A DNA stretch of 64,000 nt, taken from positions 6,497 through 70,496 of IMG/VR virus record IMGVR_UViG_3300045926_000283; one strand, written 5' to 3'. Below the pieces are notes generated by a model. It saw only the letters and a program-made list of their open reading frames with translations. It was not told where the DNA came from and ran no database searches. Made by a program: the position numbers and the translations under genes. This document shows, piece by piece, positions 34,841-44,029 of this stretch (the stretch's first letter is position 1; each line of letters opens with the position of its first letter). Origin of the DNA: a virus.

Positions 34841-35257
34841 ATGGACCCTAACTCTCAGCATCAACGCTGGTCACTCTGGGAGTACCGCGTCTACCCGGAC
34901 ACTACCCGCCGCCCGACCTACCACGACGTCAAACGGAACGCAGCGCGCTTCGGCCGTCTGCTCTTCGGCAGTGCCTCCGAGATGCGGATTGTGTGCGCCA
35001 CCGACGACCACGGCCGCCTCTACTGGGAAGTCGCGGTGCTGACCGAGAACCACCCGGTCCACGAGCCGCTCTACGTCGCGTGGATGCACAAGCAGTGGGC
35101 GAAGTTCTTCCGCCGCGGCTTCGGCCCCGCGTGCGAGATCCGCCCGCACGCGCGGCTCGAAGCGGGCGACCGCCAGGACGGCCGCCCTGCCGACCAACTG
35201 ATCATCCTGCCGACGTTGGCGATCGAAGGAGGAGATCACTGTCCGGTTGCGAGGTAA
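34841..35257 (+). CDS. hypothetical protein
   Basis: 138 aa; 3' end runs into the HNH insertion. Confidence 0.6.
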   Translation: MDPNSQHQRWSLWEYRVYPDTTRRPTYHDVKRNAARFGRLLFGSASEMRIVCATDDHGRLYWEVAVLTENHPVHEPLYVAWMHKQWAKFFRRGFGPACEIRPHARLEAGDRQDGRPADQLIILPTLAIEGGDHCPVAR

Positions 35258-35760
35258 CGACAGCGTCGAGAGCAAAAACGGATGGGCCGATCCCTTCGGT
35301 GTTGATCAACCCGTTCAAATGTTGCGCCGCACTGTTCGCATGTAAATTCAGCAACGTACTTCGGCGGGGGTCCGCTGCGTGTGCAATTACACCGATGGCA
35401 ACTCGGCACGAGGTTGTCGATGGCGTTGTTCGACGGGTCGTCGTCGAGGTGATCGACCACCAGTGCGCCCTGTTTCGTGCGAGCACCCGGTGTTGCGACC
35501 ACGGAAGTGCCGCACCAATGGCACGGATGTGGGCCGGGACCGTGCGCATTGAGGAACAGCATCCGGTGAAGCGGGACTCTACCGTCGTCAGTCCAGACGT
35601 ATTCGTACTGACGGACGCGCTCGTCTGGCGGTACTCGGGCCGCAAGGCCACGACAGCGGTAGGAACAAAAGCGAGGAGGTGGTCTGGTGCTGGCCCAGAA
35701 TCGTCGCGTGAACGGAGTGTGGCAGTACTCGCATACGGCCGACACATCGCTGTGACGCAT
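35236..35760 (-). CDS. HNH endonuclease with Zn fingers (antisense insertion)
   Basis: CEYC..FCSYRC; VDHLDDDPSNNAIDNLVPSCHRCN. Confidence 0.88.
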   Translation of the reverse strand: MRHSDVSAVCEYCHTPFTRRFWASTRPPPRFCSYRCRGLAARVPPDERVRQYEYVWTDDGRVPLHRMLFLNAHGPGPHPCHWCGTSVVATPGARTKQGALVVDHLDDDPSNNAIDNLVPSCHRCNCTRSGPPPKYVAEFTCEQCGATFERVDQHRRDRPIRFCSRRCRYLATGQ

Positions 35761-35791
35761 GACCTCAATTTAACATAGGGAGTCAACTACG

Positions 35792-36202
35792 ATGGCCAAT
35801 CTTTTGTACCCGAAATTCAAGCAGGCCCTGCTCAACAAGGAACATGATCTCGACACCGATCAGATCAAAGCCTCGCTGATCGACGGCGCCGACTACACCT
35901 ACAACGCCGCGCACACCACCTACGCCGACGCCACCGTCCCCGCCGCCTCGAAGGTCGCGGTTTCCTCCGCTCTGACCTCGCCGACGATCGTCGACGGCGT
36001 GTTCGACACCGCCGACTTCACCTGGTCCTCGGTCACCGGCGATCAGTCCGAGAACATCATCCTGTGGAACGACACGCCGACCACGCCGACCGCCGACCCC
36101 CTGGTCGCCTTCTACGACACCGGCATGACGGGAATGCCCGTGACCCCCAATGGCGGAAATATCAATGTGACCGTTCACGCCTCGGGGTGGTTCGCGCTCT
36201 GA
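35792..36202 (+). CDS. tail-associated structural protein
   Basis: MANLLY..FK..LL..D.IK..L...GVFD.AD..PVTPNGGNI. Confidence 0.7.
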   Translation: MANLLYPKFKQALLNKEHDLDTDQIKASLIDGADYTYNAAHTTYADATVPAASKVAVSSALTSPTIVDGVFDTADFTWSSVTGDQSENIILWNDTPTTPTADPLVAFYDTGMTGMPVTPNGGNINVTVHASGWFAL

Positions 36203-36254
36203 AGTTCTTGATACGTAAGGACTTAGCTAAACGGTAGAAACATGACATAGAGCG

Positions 36255-36776
36255 ATGTGGCCCAATCTATATCAGCCGAAGCCGTGTCGCCGTTGCGGGC
36301 AGACCTTTCAGCCAGTCAGTGCGAACAGCCGCTGGTGCTCCGATGCCTGCTGCCGCGGCACCAAGACGTGTGAAGAGTGCGGCGCAGCGTTCGTACCCAA
36401 GAGAAAGAGCCGTGGTCGGTTCTGCTCGCGGGAGTGCTTCAACGACCACGAGCATCCGATCGGAGCGCGGAAGCCGATGAACGGCTACATCATCGTGAAG
36501 GTGCCTCGCGGCACGGCAGGCACGATTGGTGGAACGCTCAATCGCTGGATGTTCGAGCATCGCTACGTGCTGCAGCAGCACCTCGGGCGGCCGTTGCTGA
36601 AGACCGAAACCGTCCATCACAAGAACGGCGACAAGCAGGACAACGCCACTGAGAACCTCGAACTGTGGAGAACTCGCCACGGGAACGGGGTTCGCGACGG
36701 TGACTACCACTGTCCCGGCTGTCGCTGCTTTGAGTCGTCCGGTGACCGAGCCCTCCAGCACGCATCCCCTGCGTGA
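36255..36776 (+). CDS. HNH endonuclease with Zn fingers
   Basis: EHRYVLQQHLGRPL..ETVHHKNGDKQDN..ENLELW. Confidence 0.9.
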   Translation: MWPNLYQPKPCRRCGQTFQPVSANSRWCSDACCRGTKTCEECGAAFVPKRKSRGRFCSRECFNDHEHPIGARKPMNGYIIVKVPRGTAGTIGGTLNRWMFEHRYVLQQHLGRPLLKTETVHHKNGDKQDNATENLELWRTRHGNGVRDGDYHCPGCRCFESSGDRALQHASPA

Positions 36777-36933
36777 ACGCCCCGACCTGACCCTCGCGCA
36801 GCAGGTCCAGCACTACCGCGAGGCCTGCGCGCGGCTGCTGGACTATGTCTGGTGGCGCGTGAAGCTCACTGAGGCCGAGCGGCAGGCGTACCGCGATCAA
36901 GGGTTCGCCGACATCGAGCTGGACGAGCTGTAA
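36742..36933 (+). CDS. hypothetical protein
   Basis: Typical codon usage; start uncertain (36700 or 36742). Confidence 0.55.
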   Translation: MTEPSSTHPLRERPDLTLAQQVQHYREACARLLDYVWWRVKLTEAERQAYRDQGFADIELDEL

Positions 36934-36934
36934 G

Positions 36935-39900
36935 GTGGCGACCAAGTCGTACTACCTCACCGCGACAAATAGCGTCGAGGGTCCGTTCCGCACTATCGAC
37001 GAGACTCCCGTCACTGCCGCGACCAATCCCGATGGCTGGGTGGTTGGCACCGGCTCGACCGCCCATTCGGAATACGCGCTCGGCCAAGAGCGAGCTTCCA
37101 GTTCATTCACCTTCCCCGTGGCCCCGGAAGGGGTGAGCACGCTCGTCAGCATGCGGGATGCCTTCCGCAGCACCAACGCCGTCAATGGCAGCTTCGCCTC
37201 CGGCGACTGGGCATTCAACTTCGTGGTGCGTGGGGTCACGTCCGCCAGCACCCAGAACGGCCGCATCCGCTTCCGCATCATCGTCGCCAACGCCAACGGC
37301 TCCAGCGCCACGGAGATCACCAGCGGCCATCAGCAGGCCTCCCTCACCGGCGCCATCGCCAATACGACCTCCGACTTCACCTCGTCGCTCACCGTCAACC
37401 CCGGCGCGTTCTCGGTCGGCGCGAACCAGTATCTCTTCATCCAGCTCGCCTGGGAGCGCACCGCCGCCGGGCCGATGTCCACCTCGGACGTGAACTGGCG
37501 CACCGGCTCCAGCAGCTCCGCCGGCACCCGCATCGTCACCAGCGACTTCACCCCCGCCCAGAACGTGGAGACTCCGAGAACGGCGCAGGTAGTGGATGCC
37601 TACTCGCAGTTGAACTCCACGGGCGGACAGAACTTTGTGAACCTCGCCACCGGGCGAGCGCAGAGCTTTCAGGGCGATGGACGCGAGGTCGTGGCGTGTC
37701 AGTTCTATGTGCGTTTGAACGGCACGGTGACCGGGGGGAGTGTGCGGGGGGCGCTCTATACCACACAGAGCAGCGGCAGCGTCGTGGACAGTGTTATCGC
37801 GACGACGGCATCGATGGACCCCTCGATACTGTCAACCAGCTATGCCCCAGTGACGTTTACATTTTCTCCATCGGTCACATTGGCGGCGGGGACGTGGTAT
37901 GCCTTTGGGCTGGAAGTGATCAGTGCGATCACGGGCGGCGGGTTTGTGCAGGTTAGCGTGAGCACAGCACTGACACATGCGGGGACTGGGTTCATCATGA
38001 CCGGTGGCGCGTGGAACCCCAGTGGTACCGCTGACACGCCTTTTACGGTTCTCGCGGCGGCGTCTGGAGCCACAACGCTCTACGCCCCGACCGTCACCCC
38101 GGTTGCCCCTGCCGGCCAGGCCGTCACCGGGGAGACGATTGCCTCGACGCTCGTCGTCCGCACGCCGAGCGTGGGGTATGGCCTGCTGCCGCCGACGACC
38201 ATCCACCCGTATCGGGCCTTCACGACGAGTCCCATCTGGGAGGCAGTCAGTTCTTGGGAACTCTACGGCGGCAGTGGCGCGTTCGAGATGCTGGGCCAGC
38301 CGTTCACCGTGGTGTCGGCGGTTACGGCGACTGACATCGTGCAACTCCCCCTCGATAAAAGCGGCACTCCCACCGATGGTCTTCTGCTGGAGATTCTGAC
38401 TGGTTCGTTGACCGGGACCGTCGTGGCAACTTCCGCAACGCTGCCCGCGTCGGCGGTTGTTTCCAATCCGTGGATTGAACCGGAGGTTCCCCAGTACTAC
38501 ACGTTTACGTTTTCCTCCCTATCGTTGTCGCCGGGACAGTACTGGGCGCGGCTGTCTCGCACGGGCAGCCGGGACCTGGTCAATTGCTGTACCTGGATCT
38601 ACAACGCCAGCAACGGCGGCAAGCCGTTCGGGATGGATCTGGCGGACGACGAAAGGGGGTGGAATCGCAACGGAGGCACCTGGACGAAACATACGCAGAC
38701 GTTGATTTTCTCGTTACGCATCCTCTCCCCGCTCCCGGCCCCGACCGTCACGCCGGTTGTTCCCGCCGACCAAGCCATCACCGCCGACACGATCACTTCG
38801 ACGCTGGTCGTCTCCACGCCAACCGTCAGCCAGCCCACGGCCCAGGCGATCACCACCGCCTTCATCGGTGGCACGCCGGTCACGTCCACGTTCGTCGGCA
38901 GCGAAGACCCGTTGTCGGAAGGCGGCCTGTGGGCCGCGGTGCCGCACTGGGTCACGCCGACCAAGAACAACGGGGTGCAGCCCAAGGCGGGTGGGACGCC
39001 TGACGAGCAGAGCGCCCGGCTGACGACCGCGATCGGCCTCGCGCAATCCGCCGAGATCACCTACGACACCGCGCCGTCTGGGACGTGGGTCGGTATCTGT
39101 ACGTTCCTCGGGACGAGCACCGGCAGTTGTTACCTCTCGCTGATTCTCAGCGGGACGCTGCGCCTGTATCGCTGCTACGACAACGGCAGTTCGCTGGAAT
39201 TTCAGTTGATCGACCAGAGCGACACGCTCGACACCAGCGTGTCTCCGCGCCGCTTCCGCGTTGAAGTACGGATCGTTGATGGCTACACCGTCATCAGGCA
39301 TTACTTCAACGGCGTGCTGCAGCGCCTCATCGGCGGCTTGGGGCCGGAGATCGTCCCGCCCAATGCCTCCATCGGGGTGGCCGTCGAAGAGGCGTACACC
39401 GGCAAGATCACGTCGTTCAGCGGGGCGGCGCTTGGCTCCGCTGTGCTGTTCGCCCCGACCGTGGCGGAGGCTGGCGGCGCCGACCAGGCGATCACCACCG
39501 CCGCGATCACCACCGCCATCAGCCTCTTCGCCCCGAGCGTCGCGCCCGGCCCGGTCACCGTCCTCGCCCCGTCGATCGCCGCGACCGCCCAGCTGTTCGT
39601 CCCGAGCGTCACGCCCGGCGCCGTCTCGATCACCACCGCCCTGATCATCGCGACCAGCCTCGCGCAGGCGCCCACCCTCGCCGTCGGCCCGGTCACGATC
39701 ACCACCGCCGTCCTCGCCTCGACCGCCGTCCTCTTCGCCCCGACGATCACCACCGGCCCGGTCGCCGTCATCACCGCCACGCTCTCATCGACCGCCACGC
39801 CCTTCGCGCCTACGGTCGCGCCGCAGGCCGTCACCGTCACCACCGTCCTGATCGCCTCGACCGCCACCCTCGCCGAACCGATCGTCTCGCAGGGCGCCGT

Positions 39901-40678
39901 CGTCGTCCTCCTGCCGCTCGTCTCGTCGACTGCCCAGCTCTTCACCCCGACCCTCTCAACCATCACCTTCGCCTCCGGCGTCCACGTCGCCTCGACCGCG
40001 CAACTCTTCCCGCCCGCCGTCACCCCGACGATCACCGCCGGCACGCTCACCAACCTCTCGTCGCTCTTCTCGCCGTCGCTCGCGACCCTCACGCCGATCA
40101 CCACCGCGACGATCGCCAGCGGCAGCCAGCTCGCCTCGCCCACGATCACCACCGGCGCGGTCTCGATCACCACCAGCGCGATCGCCTCGACCGCCCAACT
40201 CTTCTCGCCGTCGCTCACCGCCGTCGCGGCGATCACCACTAGTCCGATCGCCGCGACCACCACGCTCTTCGCGCTGTCGCTCTCGACCGGCGCCGTCTCG
40301 ATCTCCCTCGCCTCGATCGCCTCGCTCGCCCAGCTCTTCTCGCCGACCGTCGTCCCCGCGGGCGTCGACGTCATCACCAGTCCGATCGCCGCCACCACCA
40401 CCCTCGCGCCGCCGACCCTGCGCTCCGACCTCGCCGTCACCACCGCCCCGATCGCCTCGACCACGACGCTCTATCCCGGCCGGGTCGCGCTCGCGCAGGA
40501 GATCACCACCGCCCTGATCCTGAACGCCTCGATCGTCAGCCCTGGCGTGATCACGGTCGGCCCGGTCTCCGTGCTGCTCGGCCTCTGGTCAACCTCGACC
40601 CGACTCTTTCCGCCGCGCCTGATTCTCGAACGCCTCTCCTGCCCCGCAAACTTTCTGATCGACAAGGATTGGGACTGA
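36935..40678 (+). CDS. Mosaic tail fibre/receptor-binding protein with ~25-aa Thr/Ala/Pro repeats
   Basis: 1247 aa; repeated IASTAQLF.PTV units; modules of differing codon usage. Confidence 0.75.
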   Translation: MATKSYYLTATNSVEGPFRTIDETPVTAATNPDGWVVGTGSTAHSEYALGQERASSSFTFPVAPEGVSTLVSMRDAFRSTNAVNGSFASGDWAFNFVVRGVTSASTQNGRIRFRIIVANANGSSATEITSGHQQASLTGAIANTTSDFTSSLTVNPGAFSVGANQYLFIQLAWERTAAGPMSTSDVNWRTGSSSSAGTRIVTSDFTPAQNVETPRTAQVVDAYSQLNSTGGQNFVNLATGRAQSFQGDGREVVACQFYVRLNGTVTGGSVRGALYTTQSSGSVVDSVIATTASMDPSILSTSYAPVTFTFSPSVTLAAGTWYAFGLEVISAITGGGFVQVSVSTALTHAGTGFIMTGGAWNPSGTADTPFTVLAAASGATTLYAPTVTPVAPAGQAVTGETIASTLVVRTPSVGYGLLPPTTIHPYRAFTTSPIWEAVSSWELYGGSGAFEMLGQPFTVVSAVTATDIVQLPLDKSGTPTDGLLLEILTGSLTGTVVATSATLPASAVVSNPWIEPEVPQYYTFTFSSLSLSPGQYWARLSRTGSRDLVNCCTWIYNASNGGKPFGMDLADDERGWNRNGGTWTKHTQTLIFSLRILSPLPAPTVTPVVPADQAITADTITSTLVVSTPTVSQPTAQAITTAFIGGTPVTSTFVGSEDPLSEGGLWAAVPHWVTPTKNNGVQPKAGGTPDEQSARLTTAIGLAQSAEITYDTAPSGTWVGICTFLGTSTGSCYLSLILSGTLRLYRCYDNGSSLEFQLIDQSDTLDTSVSPRRFRVEVRIVDGYTVIRHYFNGVLQRLIGGLGPEIVPPNASIGVAVEEAYTGKITSFSGAALGSAVLFAPTVAEAGGADQAITTAAITTAISLFAPSVAPGPVTVLAPSIAATAQLFVPSVTPGAVSITTALIIATSLAQAPTLAVGPVTITTAVLASTAVLFAPTITTGPVAVITATLSSTATPFAPTVAPQAVTVTTVLIASTATLAEPIVSQGAVVVLLPLVSSTAQLFTPTLSTITFASGVHVASTAQLFPPAVTPTITAGTLTNLSSLFSPSLATLTPITTATIASGSQLASPTITTGAVSITTSAIASTAQLFSPSLTAVAAITTSPIAATTTLFALSLSTGAVSISLASIASLAQLFSPTVVPAGVDVITSPIAATTTLAPPTLRSDLAVTTAPIASTTTLYPGRVALAQEITTALILNASIVSPGVITVGPVSVLLGLWSTSTRLFPPRLILERLSCPANFLIDKDWD

Positions 40679-41712
40679 TGGCTCTGCTCTTCATCGACAG
40701 CTTCGACCACTACGACGGCGACCACGTCCACTGCAAGTACACCAGCGGCTTCTTCTACGGCGGCATCGTCGTCGGCAAGGGGCGCTGCGGCACCAACTGC
40801 ATGGGCCTCGGCCTGTTCACCGCGATGAACAAGGGGCTGGTGTTCGGCTCAGCCACCGGCACCATCGGCTTCGCCTTCTACATCGTGAAGGACCGCACTG
40901 CCTTCAGCATTAGCCCGGTCTACCTGAACGGCATCGGCGGTACGCACTGCGTCGTCACCTATCACTTCGGCGACGGCTCGCTGGAGGTCTACCGCGAGAC
41001 CAACAACGCCTGGGTCAGCCTCGGGCGTACCGCCCCCGACCTGATTCGCATGGACACCTGGTACTATCTCGAACTCCAGTACTTCGTTCACGCCAGCGCC
41101 GGCTCGATGTCCCTCCGCATCAACAATGTCGAGCACCTCACCTTCACCGGCAAGACCGTCGGCAGTGCCGGCGGCGTCGACTACGGCGCCGACCTGCGCT
41201 CAGTCACCTGGCGCTGCCCCAGCAACTGCGAGTGGTACATGGACGACCTCTACATCCTCGACTCGACCGGCCCGGCCCCGTGGAACACCTTCCTCGGCGA
41301 CGTCCGCGTCGAGTATCTCCGCCCGCGCGCCGCCGGCACCTACCAGGAGTGGACCCCGGTCGGCGCCGCCTCTCACTGGCAGGCGGTCGACGATCTCTAC
41401 ACCCCCGACGACGACGCCACCTACGTCTCGGCCAACGCCCCCGACCTTCGCGACACCAACCTCTATCGCCCGACCGGCCTCCCCTCGGGCCCGGTCTACG
41501 GCGCGCAGCTCTCGCTCCTGGTCCGCAAGACCGAGGCCGGGCCGCGCATCCTCGCGCCGATGATGAACGGCGCGGTCGGCCCGTCCTACGCGCCGAGCGA
41601 AGTCAGCTACACCTACCTGCACCAGCCCTACGGCCCGAACCCGGCGACGGGCACGCAGTGGACGATCGCCGAGATCAACGCGATCGACGCCGGAGTGAAG
41701 GTGGTGAGCTGA
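40678..41712 (+). CDS. tail protein with lectin/LamG-like fold (paralog 1)
   Basis: MALLFIDSFD..WYYLE..DDLYILD..FLGDVRV..GVKVVS. Confidence 0.7.
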   Translation: MALLFIDSFDHYDGDHVHCKYTSGFFYGGIVVGKGRCGTNCMGLGLFTAMNKGLVFGSATGTIGFAFYIVKDRTAFSISPVYLNGIGGTHCVVTYHFGDGSLEVYRETNNAWVSLGRTAPDLIRMDTWYYLELQYFVHASAGSMSLRINNVEHLTFTGKTVGSAGGVDYGADLRSVTWRCPSNCEWYMDDLYILDSTGPAPWNTFLGDVRVEYLRPRAAGTYQEWTPVGAASHWQAVDDLYTPDDDATYVSANAPDLRDTNLYRPTGLPSGPVYGAQLSLLVRKTEAGPRILAPMMNGAVGPSYAPSEVSYTYLHQPYGPNPATGTQWTIAEINAIDAGVKVVS

Positions 41713-42707
41713 TGGCCCTCTTGTTCATGGAGTCGTTCGACGGCTACGGCGGCAACACCAGCTACATGCCGCAGTACTACCACTGGCCGATCCTGATGAC
41801 CGACGTGGTGCGGACCGGCTCTCACTCGATGCGCAACGGCCTCGGGCGGAACATCTCCCCCTCGGGGATGACGCTGATCTTCGGATTCGCCTTCTACCGC
41901 TCGTCCTCCCACGCCCAGGGGATAATTTCGTTCAGCCAGATACCGAGCAACTCCGGTAATTTCACCCAGTACCTGGCCCAGGTCACCCTCGACACCGACG
42001 GCAAGGTCCGCGTTTACCTCGGCTCTAGCACACTGCTTGACACCACCAGCACCGCGCCGCTCATCTCCGGCTCCTGGAACTACATCGAAGCCAAACTCGT
42101 GATCGCCGACGCCGGCAGCTGGACGATCAAAGTCAACGGCGTCACCGTACTCACCGGCACCGGGGATCTCAACCCAGGCGCCACCAGCATCGGCTCGATG
42201 TATCTCGACATCTCGAACAGCAACCGTCTCGACGACTTCTACCTGCTCGACGCCTCCGGTTCGTCCCTCAACGACTTCATCGGCGACTGCCGCGTCGAGT
42301 GGCTCGCCCCCCAGACCGGCAACGGCTCGAACGTCGGCCTGACCCCCTCGACCGGCACCGACCACGGCGCCCTGGTCGACGAACTTCCGCCCAACGACGA
42401 CACCGACTACAACTCCGGCACCGCCGCCGGAGTGAAGGACACCTACAATTTCAGCAACCTCGCCACCACCGGCGTGGTGAAGGCGGTGCAGCTCTCCGCC
42501 CGCGCCAAGAAGACCGACAGCGCCACCAAGCAGCTCGCGCTGGTCGCCCGCGTCGGCTCGACCGACTACGACGGCGCCACCCAGACGCTCGCCGCGACCA
42601 CCTACGGCCAGTACCAGCAGATCTGGGAGAAGCGCCCGAGCGACAACGCCGACTGGACGATCGCCGACGTCGACGGCGCGGAGTTCGGCCTGAAGGTCGT
42701 CTCCTAA
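41712..42707 (+). CDS. tail protein with lectin/LamG-like fold (paralog 2)
   Basis: MALLFMESFD..WNYIE..DDFYLLD..FIGDCRV..GLKVVS. Confidence 0.7.
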   Translation: MALLFMESFDGYGGNTSYMPQYYHWPILMTDVVRTGSHSMRNGLGRNISPSGMTLIFGFAFYRSSSHAQGIISFSQIPSNSGNFTQYLAQVTLDTDGKVRVYLGSSTLLDTTSTAPLISGSWNYIEAKLVIADAGSWTIKVNGVTVLTGTGDLNPGATSIGSMYLDISNSNRLDDFYLLDASGSSLNDFIGDCRVEWLAPQTGNGSNVGLTPSTGTDHGALVDELPPNDDTDYNSGTAAGVKDTYNFSNLATTGVVKAVQLSARAKKTDSATKQLALVARVGSTDYDGATQTLAATTYGQYQQIWEKRPSDNADWTIADVDGAEFGLKVVS

Positions 42708-42726
42708 CGGTGGCGGTGGTACCGTA

Positions 42727-44028
42727 ATGGCGATCACCCACATCGCCACCGTCTCGGCCACCCCCGGCGTGACCGGCGGGACGACGGCCGCGATCGACAC
42801 GACCGGCGCCGATCTGATCGTTGTGAGTGTCTCCTCCTACGCGGGCGGCATGGCGCCCACGCTCACCGATTCCAAGGGCAACACCTACACGGGGCTGACC
42901 GCGCGGTTGCTGTCGAACGCCGCGCATCGCTTGTTCTACGTCCTCGCGCCGACGGTGGGCGCGGGGCATACCTTCACCGTGACCGGCGCGACGCTGTACC
43001 CCGCGATCGTGGTCGACGCCTTCGCGGGGGTCGCGAGCTATCAGACCGAAAGCGGGGCCACGGCGACCAGTATCGCCAGTCTGGCGTGCGGCAGCGTCAC
43101 GCCGTCGACCAATGGCGCGCTCGTCGTGACCGGCGCCGCCGGGGACGGCGCCGTGACCGACACGGTCTCGCCCGCCGGGTTCACGCTGACGCAGAAGACC
43201 TTTAGCGGCGGCAATAACATGCAGGGCAGCGCGGCCTGGCAGGTTCAGGCGACCGCCGCCGCGATTAATCCGACCTGGTCGTTCAGTCCGGCGCAGGGCA
43301 GCGCGGCGGTCGGCGCGGCCGTGTTCGTGCCTGCTGCGGCGCCCTCGGGGGCGGTCCGCCTCACCACTCTCTACGCCGAGGCCCTCACCCAGAACGCCAG
43401 CGCCGACCTCCGGCTGACCGGGATCTACGCCGAAGCCCTCACGCAGAACGCCTCGGCCGACGTTCGCTTGACGGCGCTCTTTGCCGAAGCCCTGACCCAG
43501 AACCCCTCGGCCGACATCCGCCTCACCAGCCTCTTCGTCGAGGTGCTCGCCACCACGGCTCCCGCCGAGAGCGGAGTGGTCGGCGGGACAGTGGCCTCGA
43601 CGGCGGTCGTGTTCGCGCCCACCGTCAGCGCCCCCTCTCAGGCCGTCACGCTCCCCACGATCGCCCCGACCGCCGAGGAGCCCTTCCCCCCGACCGTCTT
43701 CCGCCTCCCGCCCTCGCCGGTCCAGGAGACCCAGGCGTCGCTGGAGATCATCGCCTCGCCGAACCCCGACGCCCGCCTGACCACCGCCGCCGTCGACACG
43801 CTGCGCCAAGCCGACGCCGCGATCACCGACGCCCGCACCACTCAGGCGCCCGTCGAGACCCTGCGCCAGGCGCTCGCCGCCGTCACCGACGCCCGCCTCT
43901 CCCAGGCGGTGGTCGAAGTGATCTACCCCTTCGGCTGCTACACCCCGAAGCCGCCCGCCTGCCCGCCCGGCGGCAGCTTCCCGATCGACTCCGACAGCCT
44001 GCTCGTCGACGAGGACGAGGACTCCTGA
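42727..44028 (+). CDS. tail-associated protein with 18- and 20-aa repeats
   Basis: ADxRLT.L.AEALTQN x4; DARxxQAxVE x3. Confidence 0.7.
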   Translation: MAITHIATVSATPGVTGGTTAAIDTTGADLIVVSVSSYAGGMAPTLTDSKGNTYTGLTARLLSNAAHRLFYVLAPTVGAGHTFTVTGATLYPAIVVDAFAGVASYQTESGATATSIASLACGSVTPSTNGALVVTGAAGDGAVTDTVSPAGFTLTQKTFSGGNNMQGSAAWQVQATAAAINPTWSFSPAQGSAAVGAAVFVPAAAPSGAVRLTTLYAEALTQNASADLRLTGIYAEALTQNASADVRLTALFAEALTQNPSADIRLTSLFVEVLATTAPAESGVVGGTVASTAVVFAPTVSAPSQAVTLPTIAPTAEEPFPPTVFRLPPSPVQETQASLEIIASPNPDARLTTAAVDTLRQADAAITDARTTQAPVETLRQALAAVTDARLSQAVVEVIYPFGCYTPKPPACPPGGSFPIDSDSLLVDEDEDS

Positions 44029-44029
44029 G

